Shown piece after piece: positions 26,973 through 35,211 of a stretch of DNA of 64,000 nucleotides. A program made the translations under genes and the position numbers. The notes beneath the pieces were generated by a model. That model was not told the DNA's origin. It was given only the letters and a program-made list of their open reading frames with translations, and ran no database searches. The stretch's first letter is position 1, and every line of letters begins with the position of its first letter. The DNA is from Minisyncoccota bacterium (lineage in GTDB: Bacteria > Patescibacteriota > Minisyncoccia > Phycocordibacterales > UBA9973), in assembly GCA_942491275.1 (NCBI GenBank), contig CALNZI010000004.1:3305-67304 (forward strand). The letters are read 5' to 3'.

Positions 26973-27046
26973 AATGGTTTCTGGTCTTAATTTACAACAT
27001 TAATCACATAACTGCAAGTTGAGATGGTTTTTGATATAATTTAAAT

Positions 27047-27436
27047 ATGGAAATAGGAATAATAGTAAATATAATTATATTGAATCAAAAAGGTGAAATT
27101 TTAATTATAAGACGAACTAAATCTAATGATGTGGAGCCGGGGCTCTGGGATATACCTGGCGGGACATTAGAGCAAGGAGAAGATCCTGCTATGGGAGTAA
27201 AAAGAGAATTAAAAGAAGAAACAGGATTGGAGGTTGGTCGACTAAAAATAATAAATCAGTTGTCCAGTGTTGATAAAAAGAAAAACAAACAGTTCGTCCG
27301 TTTGATATTTAATTCGGATGATGTTGATGGAGAAATTATTCTTTCACCTGATGAGCATGATGAATATAAATGGATAAAATTAGAAGAAATTTCTAATTAT
27401 AATTGTGCTAGTTTCATTAAAGATCTTTTTAAATAA
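27047..27436 (+). CDS. NUDIX hydrolase
   Basis: Nudix box GGTLEQGEDPAMGVKRELKEETGL. tgatataat at 27032..27040 lies 6 nt before the ATG. Confidence 0.9.
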   Translation: MEIGIIVNIIILNQKGEILIIRRTKSNDVEPGLWDIPGGTLEQGEDPAMGVKRELKEETGLEVGRLKIINQLSSVDKKKNKQFVRLIFNSDDVDGEIILSPDEHDEYKWIKLEEISNYNCASFIKDLFK

Positions 27437-27448
27437 ATACATATAGTT

Positions 27449-27477
27449 AAAAAACCTCAGCGCGTGAGGTTTTTTTT
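27449..27477. terminator. bidirectional rho-independent terminator
   Basis: aaaaaacctca-gcgcg-tgaggtttttttt between convergent genes. Confidence 0.75.
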
Positions 27478-27949
27478 AGAAGCCGATTTTTTCCATGAAG
27501 AGCATGGATTGAGATTCTTTTAGTTCTATTTTAGGGATTACTTTTAGGAGGGATTCTTTTATTTGGGGAAGCATATTGTTTGGGATAGGAAGGGTATAGG
27601 TTGGAAGGAAGTGTTTATTTGTTTCAATTAAAAGTTTACTTACTCCATCTCTTTTTTTAATATCAAAACCTTTTATTCTTGACCACTCGTATTTATCTTT
27701 ATTCATTGTTAAACCTTCGGTTTCAATTGAGAAAATAATTTCTTCTGGATGTCTAACAGAAAACAACATTAAGGCGGAGCCGGAAATAACTATAAAAATA
27801 GCAAACAGGTAACTCTTTGTCCAAAGGGCAATGATACAGATAACAAGAGTAATTAAACCCATTGTCCAATACCAGTCGGTGGACCGTTCTTTATGGTTGT
27901 ATTCTAGAGCACTCCACTTTATTTTATCTATGGTAACTTCTTCTGACAT
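27476..27949 (-). CDS. hypothetical two-TM membrane protein
   Basis: WYWTMGLITLVICIIALW and YLFAIFIVISGSALMLF, then a soluble C-terminal domain. Confidence 0.5.
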   Translation of the reverse strand: MSEEVTIDKIKWSALEYNHKERSTDWYWTMGLITLVICIIALWTKSYLFAIFIVISGSALMLFSVRHPEEIIFSIETEGLTMNKDKYEWSRIKGFDIKKRDGVSKLLIETNKHFLPTYTLPIPNNMLPQIKESLLKVIPKIELKESQSMLFMEKIGF

Positions 27950-28048
27950 GTATATATATTATAGCAATACTTATTTTATAAAGAAAGGGAATTATTATCA
28001 TTATCTATTTAAGATTGACAGGAATCTATGTTTTGTTAGTATTAAGAT

Positions 28049-28114
28049 ATGAGAAATATTCAGAAAATATACTCAAAATTGACTTGGTGGAACGCTTATT
28101 TATGTAAGCGGTAG
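28049..28114 (+). CDS. trpL: 21-codon trp leader peptide with tandem Trp codons
   Basis: atg aga aat att cag aaa ata tac tca aaa ttg act TGG TGG aac gct tat tta tgt aag cgg tag = MRNIQKIYSKLTWWNAYLCKR. TTGACA at 28015..28020 lies upstream. The peptide overlaps attenuator segments 1 and 2. Confidence 0.7.
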   Translation: MRNIQKIYSKLTWWNAYLCKR

Positions 28115-28141
28115 TTTTTGTATATTCATTTTTGATTGTTA

Positions 28142-28169
28142 CACCGCTTGCAGAAGCGGCTTTTTATTT
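28142..28169 (+). terminator. attenuator terminator (segments 3:4) upstream of trpB
   Basis: ccgctt-GCAG-aagcgg followed by cttttta ttt. Segment 3 accgctt (28143..28149) is also perfectly complementary to segment 2 aagcggt (28106..28112). Confidence 0.7.
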
Positions 28170-28319
28170 GTTTGATTAAATATTATTTATGAAAAAATTT
28201 ACTTTTTACAACCTATCAACATTCTTCTGGCGAGATTACAAATCGTTTATTTTTACAAACTTAACTTAAATTGCGTCGCGTTTTAATGGACATTACGCGA
28301 TACGATTTTGCAAAATCGT

Positions 28320-29522
28320 ATGAAAAACAATATAAAAAATTATAAAGACACACCAAACAAAGAAGGATATTTTGGTAAATATGGTGGCCAGATTATTCCA
28401 CCACAATTAAAATCAATTTTTGATGAAATTGATGTTAAATATAGAGAAATTAAAAATGACCCTAACTTTTTAGAAGAGTATAACAACTTGTTGAAAAATT
28501 ACGTGGGTAGGCCTTCTCCTTTATATTTTGCAAAAAATTTAACAAAAAAACTAGGTGGAGCAAAAATATACCTAAAAAGAGAAGATCTTAATCACACCGG
28601 TGCCCATAAAATAAATCACACTTTAGGAGAAGCCCTTTTGGCTAAAAAAATGGGAAAGAAAAAATTACTTGCTGAAACTGGAGCGGGACAACACGGAGTT
28701 GCTTTAGCAACGGCGGCAGCACTTGTAGGGATTGAATGTGAAATACATATGGGAGCCATTGATATAAAAAAACAAAAACCTAATGTAATCAGGATGAAGT
28801 TGTTGGGGGCTAAAGTTGTGGAAGTTAAATCGGGCGGGTGTTGTTTAAAAGATGCAGTAGATAGTGCTTTTGGAGCGTTTCTTGAAGATCCAAAGAATAT
28901 TTTTTTTGGGATTGGTTCTGTCGTAGGGCCGCACCCTTTTCCAATGATAGTAAGAGACTTTCAATCTATTGTTGGCAAGGAAACTAAAGAACAAATAATG
29001 GAACAAGAAAATAAATTACCAGACTATCTAATAGCTTGTGTCGGTGGCGGGTCCAATGCCATTGGTTTATTCCACGAATTCTTAAATAATGATGTAAAAA
29101 TGATTGGAGTAGAACCGAGTGGTAAAAGTTTTAAAGCAGGAGATCATGCTGCTACTTTAACATTAGGTAAGCCAGGAGAAATTCACGGAATGTTTACCTA
29201 TCTATTACAAGATGGCAAAGGGGCCCCTCTGCCTGTCCATTCAATTGCTTCTGGTTTGGATTATCCTGGAGTGGGACCAATTCATTCTCAATTAAAAGAT
29301 GAAGATAGGGTAGAGTATATTTCTATTAATGATAATGAAGCCCTATCAGCCTTTAAAGAATTATCTAAAGTTGAAGGAATCATTCCAGCGTTGGAGAGTT
29401 CTCATGCCATTGCCCATGTAATTAAAATTGCTCCAAAACTAAGTAAAGATAAAATTATAATTATTAATTTGTCTGGCAGGGGAGATAAGGATATTGATTA
29501 CGTGGAAAATTTGATTGATTAA
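28320..29522 (+). CDS. trpB: tryptophan synthase beta chain (no trpA or other trp genes nearby)
   Basis: [23 protein letters not shown] (PLP lysine), GAGQHG and GGGSNAIG. The ATG at 28320 is preferred over the TTG at 28308. Confidence 0.9.
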   Translation: MKNNIKNYKDTPNKEGYFGKYGGQIIPPQLKSIFDEIDVKYREIKNDPNFLEEYNNLLKNYVGRPSPLYFAKNLTKKLGGAKIYLKREDLNHTGAHKINHTLGEALLAKKMGKKKLLAETGAGQHGVALATAAALVGIECEIHMGAIDIKKQKPNVIRMKLLGAKVVEVKSGGCCLKDAVDSAFGAFLEDPKNIFFGIGSVVGPHPFPMIVRDFQSIVGKETKEQIMEQENKLPDYLIACVGGGSNAIGLFHEFLNNDVKMIGVEPSGKSFKAGDHAATLTLGKPGEIHGMFTYLLQDGKGAPLPVHSIASGLDYPGVGPIHSQLKDEDRVEYISINDNEALSAFKELSKVEGIIPALESSHAIAHVIKIAPKLSKDKIIIINLSGRGDKDIDYVENLID

Positions 29523-29559
29523 TAAAAATTAACCAAATTTTTTAAAATAAACCCCTCCA

Positions 29560-32211
29560 TTAATAATGGAGGGGTTTATTTTTATAGAGGAAGTATTTTA
29601 TAACTTCAGCTAGAGCTATATTTAGAAGAACAAAAATAAGAGCAAATCCTAACCAAGAAAGAGGAAGAGGGTGGATAGATAATAATGTTCGTATTGGTGG
29701 GAAATATAAAGCAGAGACCATCATAACCATTCCGATAAGGACTCCTCCTGTCATATACTTGTTGGAGAAAGGTGAATAGGACCAAATTGGACGATAGAAA
29801 TTTCGTAGAGAGAATGCCAGAAGAAGAGAATATAGGCCGAAGGCTGTAAAGATAAAAGTTTGTAGTATTTTGGGGTCGTATCCTAGAAAAGAAAGTAAGG
29901 CGTAGAGACCAAATAAAATAATTGAAGTAACTACACCAATAATAATAATGAATATTCTCACTTCCTTATCAAAAATATTTCCGGAGGTTCTTTTGAGAAC
30001 ATCATCTTTATTTTTTTCAAAAGCGAAGGCTATGGCTGGGAAACTATCGGAGAAGAAATTAACCCAAAGTATTTGAAGAGCGGTAAGAGGAAGAGGTATT
30101 CCCAATAGAATACTTCCTCCAATAAGTAGCACCTCATCAAGAGTACTAGATAGAAGATAGATAACAGTTTTTTTAATATTTCCCATAATTCGGCGACCTT
30201 CTTCAATGGCTGAAATAATTGTAGTAAAATTATCATCCAGTAAAACTAAATCAGCTACGTCTTTGGCCACATCGGTTCCAGAGCCCAGGGCTACCCCCAC
30301 GTCGGCTTCTTTAAGGGCCGGAGCATCATTGACCCCATCTCCAGTCATGGCTACTATATGACCCATTCTTTTAAATGCTTGAGCAATACGAATTTTATCT
30401 TGAGGAGTCACTCGAGCATAGATTGAAATTTCCATTAATCTTTCGTCAAGTTCTTCGTCTGTTAATTCACGGACTTGTTTTCCCGTGAGCAATCTCTTTT
30501 CACTGGAATTCAAGCCAACAGCTTTGGATATTGCTAGAGCTGTTCCAGGATGATCTCCTGTAACCATTACTATATATGTTCCAAAGTCCTTAATCTTTTT
30601 CATAACGGCAGCAGCTTCAGCTCGAGGAGGATCAAAGAAAGAAATTATTCCAGCCCAGGTTAGGGAGTGTTCATTTTCGCTATCACTAATATATCCAACA
30701 GCCAAAACTCTTTCTCCTTGTAGGGCTATTTTGTTAATTTGTTCACCCACACGAATGCGCTCCTCTTTAGAAAGAGTACTTCTTTCAAGTAATACTTCGG
30801 GAGCTCCCATGTATATTTCAATATTATCTGTTTCTTGAGAAAGGATAGGAGACAGTGCTGTAGGGATATTTTTTATTTTATAAATGGAGTGTTTTTTTAA
30901 TGAGTCAAATGGGATAAATTCAATTGCCTCGGTTTCTTTTTTTAATAGTCGGACATCAATATTGTGATCGAAAGCATAGGACACTAAAGATGACTCCAGA
31001 GAGTTTCCTTTAATAATAGGATTTTCATTTCCGTTTTCTTGGGAAATAAGAGTTCGTGTGTTAATTAAAGCTAATAGAAGTAATCTCCTTTGTTCTTCTG
31101 ATAGGTCATCTATGCTTTTTTCTTTTTTTAATATTGCTTTGTTTGGTGTATAAGGTTCTATTCTGCGAACAGTTAATTTTTTTTCTGTGAGGGTTCCAGT
31201 TTTGTCTGTCATTATTACATCAACGGAACCTAGGGTTTCAGCTGCAATCAGTCGACGGACTATTCCATTTCTTTTTGCTAATCTACTTACACCAACAGAT
31301 AATACTGCTGTTAAGGCGATGGGGAGCCCTTCAGGTATGGAACCAACTGCCACAGCTACAACTATAAAGAACATATCGAGGATTGGAATTCCTTTAGTTA
31401 TTCCAATCATAAATAATACTGCCACTAGGATGCCTAGCACCAAGGTAAGCATCCAGGAGAATTTATAAATTGATTTTTGTAGAGGTGTTTTAGTATCTTT
31501 TGTTTCTGAAATTAATTGAGCAATGAGACCTATTTCACTTTTTTTACCGGTGGCACAGATAATAGCATCACATAATCCTTGTAATACCAGAGTTCCACCG
31601 TAAAGCATATTTGTTCTGTCTGGGAGCTCTGTTTCTTCGGGGAGAATATTTTTTTGTTTATTTACCGGGAGAGACTCTCCTGTTAAAATTGATTCCTCGG
31701 TTTGAAAATTATTAGAAGAGATAATAAGTGCATCTGCGGGGACTCGATTTCCTCCTTCTAATCTAATCATATCTCCAACAACCAACTCTTCGGCATCTAT
31801 TTCTTTTTCTTGTCCGTCTCTGATTACACGAATTCTTTCTTTAACATAACTTCTTAGATGTTTAACGGAGACTTCAGCTTTATACTCTTGATAGAAGCCC
31901 AGGGCGACATTTATTCCCACAGCTAATCCAATGATAAGAGCATCTCCACCTTTTTCTAATAATAGAGAAACTATTAAAGCTATTAATAATATAAAAATAA
32001 GAGGGCTCGTAAATTGTCTTAGAAAAATTTTCCAAATGGTTGAATTGGAATCCTTCGATATGGAGTTTGGTCCATGAATTTTTTTCCTTTGTTGAGCTTC
32101 TTTATCACTGAGCCCTCGGTTAGAAGTTTTAAGTAATTTAAAAATTGCTTCTGTGGACATGTGCCACCAAGAAGCAGAGGGGAGGATTTGAAGCGTTGTT
32201 TTTTCTTTCAT
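29560..32211 (-). CDS. P-type cation-transporting ATPase (P2-type, Ca2+/Mg2+-like)
   Basis: TGES, DKTGTLT (MTDKTGTLTEKK), TGDHPGTA and TGDGVNDAPALKEADVG. About 10 TM segments. Confidence 0.9.
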   Translation of the reverse strand: MKEKTTLQILPSASWWHMSTEAIFKLLKTSNRGLSDKEAQQRKKIHGPNSISKDSNSTIWKIFLRQFTSPLIFILLIALIVSLLLEKGGDALIIGLAVGINVALGFYQEYKAEVSVKHLRSYVKERIRVIRDGQEKEIDAEELVVGDMIRLEGGNRVPADALIISSNNFQTEESILTGESLPVNKQKNILPEETELPDRTNMLYGGTLVLQGLCDAIICATGKKSEIGLIAQLISETKDTKTPLQKSIYKFSWMLTLVLGILVAVLFMIGITKGIPILDMFFIVVAVAVGSIPEGLPIALTAVLSVGVSRLAKRNGIVRRLIAAETLGSVDVIMTDKTGTLTEKKLTVRRIEPYTPNKAILKKEKSIDDLSEEQRRLLLLALINTRTLISQENGNENPIIKGNSLESSLVSYAFDHNIDVRLLKKETEAIEFIPFDSLKKHSIYKIKNIPTALSPILSQETDNIEIYMGAPEVLLERSTLSKEERIRVGEQINKIALQGERVLAVGYISDSENEHSLTWAGIISFFDPPRAEAAAVMKKIKDFGTYIVMVTGDHPGTALAISKAVGLNSSEKRLLTGKQVRELTDEELDERLMEISIYARVTPQDKIRIAQAFKRMGHIVAMTGDGVNDAPALKEADVGVALGSGTDVAKDVADLVLLDDNFTTIISAIEEGRRIMGNIKKTVIYLLSSTLDEVLLIGGSILLGIPLPLTALQILWVNFFSDSFPAIAFAFEKNKDDVLKRTSGNIFDKEVRIFIIIIGVVTSIILFGLYALLSFLGYDPKILQTFIFTAFGLYSLLLAFSLRNFYRPIWSYSPFSNKYMTGGVLIGMVMMVSALYFPPIRTLLSIHPLPLSWLGFALIFVLLNIALAEVIKYFLYKNKPLHY

Positions 32212-32252
32212 TTTTTTATTATAGCAAAAAAGCCCAACAAGGGCTTTTTAGG

Positions 32253-32450
32253 TGCGGAATCGGTGAGATTCGGTCACGAGTTACTAAATCTACTCGGATG
32301 AGTACATCTTGCGTGGACTAAGTACTCTCGACCCCGACTCGATAGAAAGAAAAGTCAGTAAACTTTTCTCTGTCTGTGTCTTTCGAATCTCACACTGCAA
32401 CCATACGCTAAAAAACGATACCTATTGAAACGGTATCGTTTTTATCGTTG
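32253..32450. repeat. copy (c) of the structured intergenic repeat, bounded by a 20-nt duplicate of the tRNA-Ser 3' end
   Basis: tgcggaaTcggtgagattcg (32253..32272) versus tgcggaaGcggtgagattcg (32449..32468, the tRNA 3' end). The internal cores match copy (b). An inverted cgaatctcac lies at 32384..32393. Confidence 0.6.
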
Positions 32451-32537
32451 CGGAAGCGGTGAGATTCGAACTCACGGACCGCGTAAACGGTCTCTTGTTT
32501 TCAAGACAAGTGCCTTAAACCACTCAGCCACGCTTCC
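32451..32537 (-). tRNA. tRNA-Ser (UGA), class II
   Basis: Minus-sense GGAAGCGTGGCTGAGTGGTTTAAGGCACTTGTCTTGAAAACAAGAGACCGTTTACGCGGTCCGTGAGTTCGAATCTCACCGCTTCCG. Long variable arm. Anticodon loop CTTGAAA. Confidence 0.9.
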
Positions 32538-32688
32538 TTATATTTTCAATGAAGGAAAGGTGGTTTCGTGTCCTCCGGGACCCTTCCCTATAGTTAATTC
32601 GCTTTCGCTCATATTAACTATTTCTGATATTAATCAGAATCGGATGAAATGTAAAGCAGTTTACATTTCATAGCCACGCTTCCTTATA
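32526..32688. repeat. 17-nt direct repeat (tRNA-Ser 5' end plus 5 upstream nt) flanking a 129-nt hairpin-rich insert
   Basis: agccacgcttccttata occurs at 32526..32542 and 32672..32688. The insert carries hairpins tagttaat...attaacta, ctgat-atta-atcag and atgaaatgtaaa-GCAG-tttacatttcat. Confidence 0.65.
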
Positions 32689-32701
32689 ATTTTTTTTAAT
32701 A

Positions 32702-32932
32702 TTAAATCTTTGATTTTAAAGCGTCAAGAAGATCTTTTGGTTTTTTCTTGGCAATGTAAAAAACATAAAAAATATCAAATAATCCGAAGGTATTCAATAT
32801 TATTAATACCAAAAACCACTTTTTGTGACCTTTTTTAGCTGAGGTCCAAAGGGCATATCCCTTCCAGGGTAAAGTCCAAATTGCTGCTATTATTAAAACC
32901 CAAACATTTTTCTCACTTAAAAATGATTCCAT
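32702..32932 (-). CDS. small two-TM membrane protein
   Basis: VWVLIIAAIWTLPW and WFLVLIILNTFGLFDIFYVFYI. Confidence 0.5.
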   Translation of the reverse strand: MESFLSEKNVWVLIIAAIWTLPWKGYALWTSAKKGHKKWFLVLIILNTFGLFDIFYVFYIAKKKPKDLLDALKSKI

Positions 32933-32985
32933 AGGGATATCCTAGCAAAAATACCATTTTCTAGCAATTATGGTAGGATTTAAAT

Positions 32986-33408
32986 ATGAAATACCTTGGG
33001 ATTGATTATGGGAGTAAAAAGGTTGGATTAGCACTTTCCGACGAAGATGGAATGATGGCTTTTCCTTTTAAAACAATTCTAAACAACAATGAGTTTATTG
33101 ACGCTCTCCATAATATTTGTGGAGAGGAAGATATTCAGGAAATTATAATTGGAGAATCTAAAAATTCTTTAGGAGAACCAAATAAAATAATGGAAAAGAT
33201 AAATGATTTTAAGGACCAATTAGCTTTGGAAATTGGACTTCCAATTCATTTTGAAAAAGAATTTATGACCAGTTTACATTCCGATACATTAAAAACAAAA
33301 GATATTTTTTCTGCTCGACAAAATAAAAAAGAGATAAAAAATAAAAATGACTCTCAGGCAGCAGCTTTAATCCTACAACGTTTCCTTGATCGTAATAATC
33401 AAAAATAA
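32986..33408 (+). CDS. ruvX: Holliday junction resolvase-like / pre-16S rRNA nuclease YqgF
   Basis: MKYLGIDYGSKKVGLALSD...IIIGES...DSQAAALILQRFLD. Confidence 0.85.
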   Translation: MKYLGIDYGSKKVGLALSDEDGMMAFPFKTILNNNEFIDALHNICGEEDIQEIIIGESKNSLGEPNKIMEKINDFKDQLALEIGLPIHFEKEFMTSLHSDTLKTKDIFSARQNKKEIKNKNDSQAAALILQRFLDRNNQK

Positions 33409-33412
33409 CATT

Positions 33413-35164
33413 ATGTCTAGTTCAAAAACTCCACAATTTGATAAAGTCGTTGATGAAGTTCTAGAAAAACTTGTTCCACACGAACGAAAATGTTTATGGA
33501 TAAATGAACATCCCCACTGTCAGGGTGTTTTTGAGATTGAAGATGCCGATATAAAATTTTTGAGAATGTTTAAAGTACCACCTCCGAATTATTGCCCAAC
33601 CTGTCGTCGTATGAGACGGCTTACGCACCTAACTGTTTCTCAACTTTTTAAAACTAAATGTGAAGCTCCTGGACATGACGAATCAATGATTTCAATTTTT
33701 CCAGAAGAATCACCTTGCCCTGTCTATGACTATAAATATTTTATTGGAGATGACTTCGACCCTTTTTCTTTCGGGCAGGAATGGAATAAAGATTTAAATC
33801 CCATGGAGCAACTTTTAGGTTTGAGAAAAATATTTCCCATGCCATCATTTTTAAATCGTAACCCCTCGGATGTTAATAGTGATTACTCCAATGGAGGCAG
33901 GGACGTGAAAAACGGATATTACACTGTTGGCTGTTACCACGTGGAAGATCTTTGGTATTCTATTCATATTAATAAAAGTAGAAACATAATGGACTCCAAT
34001 GCTATTCAGGATTCAGATTTAGTCTACGAGTCTATTACTTCCAATCATTTATATAAGTCTTCTTTTGTTTATTTTTCTAGCAATTGTACTGACAGCATGT
34101 TTTTGTTTGATTGTCGCAACTGTACAGATTGTTTTGGTTGTGTGAATTTAAGAAACGCTAAATATAATGTTTATAATAAGCAGTTAACTAAAGAACAGTA
34201 TGATGATTTTATGAAGAATATCATTCCTTTTTCTAGAGAGTTTTTGAGTGAGGCTAAAGAAAAATTTTGGGAATTGGTCAAAAGTAACCCCGTTAATGGC
34301 TCAAGAATTACAGCTTCCAATAATGTTCAAGGGGTTAAGATTGTAAATTCGAAGAACTTATTTGATGTGACAGATTCTATTGATTCGGAAAATGTTCGTC
34401 ATGCCGATGGAGCTTTGTCCCACAAAGATTCCATGGATTTTCTTTATTCAGGAGGGCATTCCAGTCTTCTTTATATGAATACAAATATTGGCTCGCAGTC
34501 TAGTAAAGTAAAATTTTCAGTTTCCTCTAAATTTTGCACAGACTCAGAATTTATTTTTAATTGTAAAAATTTAAATAATTGTTTTATGTGCTTTGGTTTA
34601 CAAAATAAATCTTATTGTATTTTTAATAAACAATATTCCGAAGAAGATTATTTTAAAATAATCGACGAAATAAAAACAGAGATGATTAAGAAAGGGGAGT
34701 ATGTCGATGGTCCAGGTTTTGAATTTTCTGCTCAGGCATATAATTTTTCAATTGGTCAGATTTTATATCCATTGACTGATGAACAAATAAAAAAAATGGG
34801 TGGATATATAGCTAAAGAGTCAGAAACAAATATTGGTGATATGGAAGTTGTGGAGGCCAGTGAATTGCCCCAAACCATAAATGAAGTCACCGATGATATT
34901 TTAGATAAAGCCATCAAATGTGAAGTTTCTGGACGGCCCTTTCGGATTATTTTTTCGGAACTTTCTTTTCTTCGAAGAGTAGGCTTTCCTTTACCAACGG
35001 TGCATCCTTCCATTAGAATGGAAAATCGCTGGAGATTTTCTCCTGTGGGTAGAAAATATCCGATGATCTGTGCTAAATGCCAGAAAAAGACAGAGTCTCT
35101 ATTTAATCCTAAAGACGGATATATTCTTTATTGTGAAAAATGCTATCAACAAGAAGTGGTATAA
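33413..35164 (+). CDS. cysteine-rich paralog family, copy 2 (subfamily I)
   Basis: MSSSKTPQFDKV...LVPHERKC, FDCRNCTDCFGCVNLRN, FNCKNLNNCFMCFGLQNKSYCIFNKQYSEEDY and ...YCEKCYQQEVV-stop. The ATG at 33413 is preferred over the listed 33386. Confidence 0.85.
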   Translation: MSSSKTPQFDKVVDEVLEKLVPHERKCLWINEHPHCQGVFEIEDADIKFLRMFKVPPPNYCPTCRRMRRLTHLTVSQLFKTKCEAPGHDESMISIFPEESPCPVYDYKYFIGDDFDPFSFGQEWNKDLNPMEQLLGLRKIFPMPSFLNRNPSDVNSDYSNGGRDVKNGYYTVGCYHVEDLWYSIHINKSRNIMDSNAIQDSDLVYESITSNHLYKSSFVYFSSNCTDSMFLFDCRNCTDCFGCVNLRNAKYNVYNKQLTKEQYDDFMKNIIPFSREFLSEAKEKFWELVKSNPVNGSRITASNNVQGVKIVNSKNLFDVTDSIDSENVRHADGALSHKDSMDFLYSGGHSSLLYMNTNIGSQSSKVKFSVSSKFCTDSEFIFNCKNLNNCFMCFGLQNKSYCIFNKQYSEEDYFKIIDEIKTEMIKKGEYVDGPGFEFSAQAYNFSIGQILYPLTDEQIKKMGGYIAKESETNIGDMEVVEASELPQTINEVTDDILDKAIKCEVSGRPFRIIFSELSFLRRVGFPLPTVHPSIRMENRWRFSPVGRKYPMICAKCQKKTESLFNPKDGYILYCEKCYQQEVV

Positions 35165-35211
35165 TTAAAAATGCGAAAGGACCGTCCTTTACACAAAAAA
35201 AACTATCAAAG

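Noticed and set aside
28080-28175. Possible T-box leader upstream of trpB (ttGGTGGaACGC vaguely resembles the T-box GGTGGTACCGCG).
   Set aside because: There is no Stem I, specifier loop or AG bulge upstream, and the leader is only ~120 nt. The same nucleotides are fully explained as the WW codons plus segment 1 of a leader-peptide attenuator.
32425-32673. 82-aa plus-strand ORF.
   Set aside because: It is antisense to tRNA-Ser(UGA) and to the 129-nt hairpin insert (..EIRTHGPRK..LNHSATLP.. is the tRNA complement).
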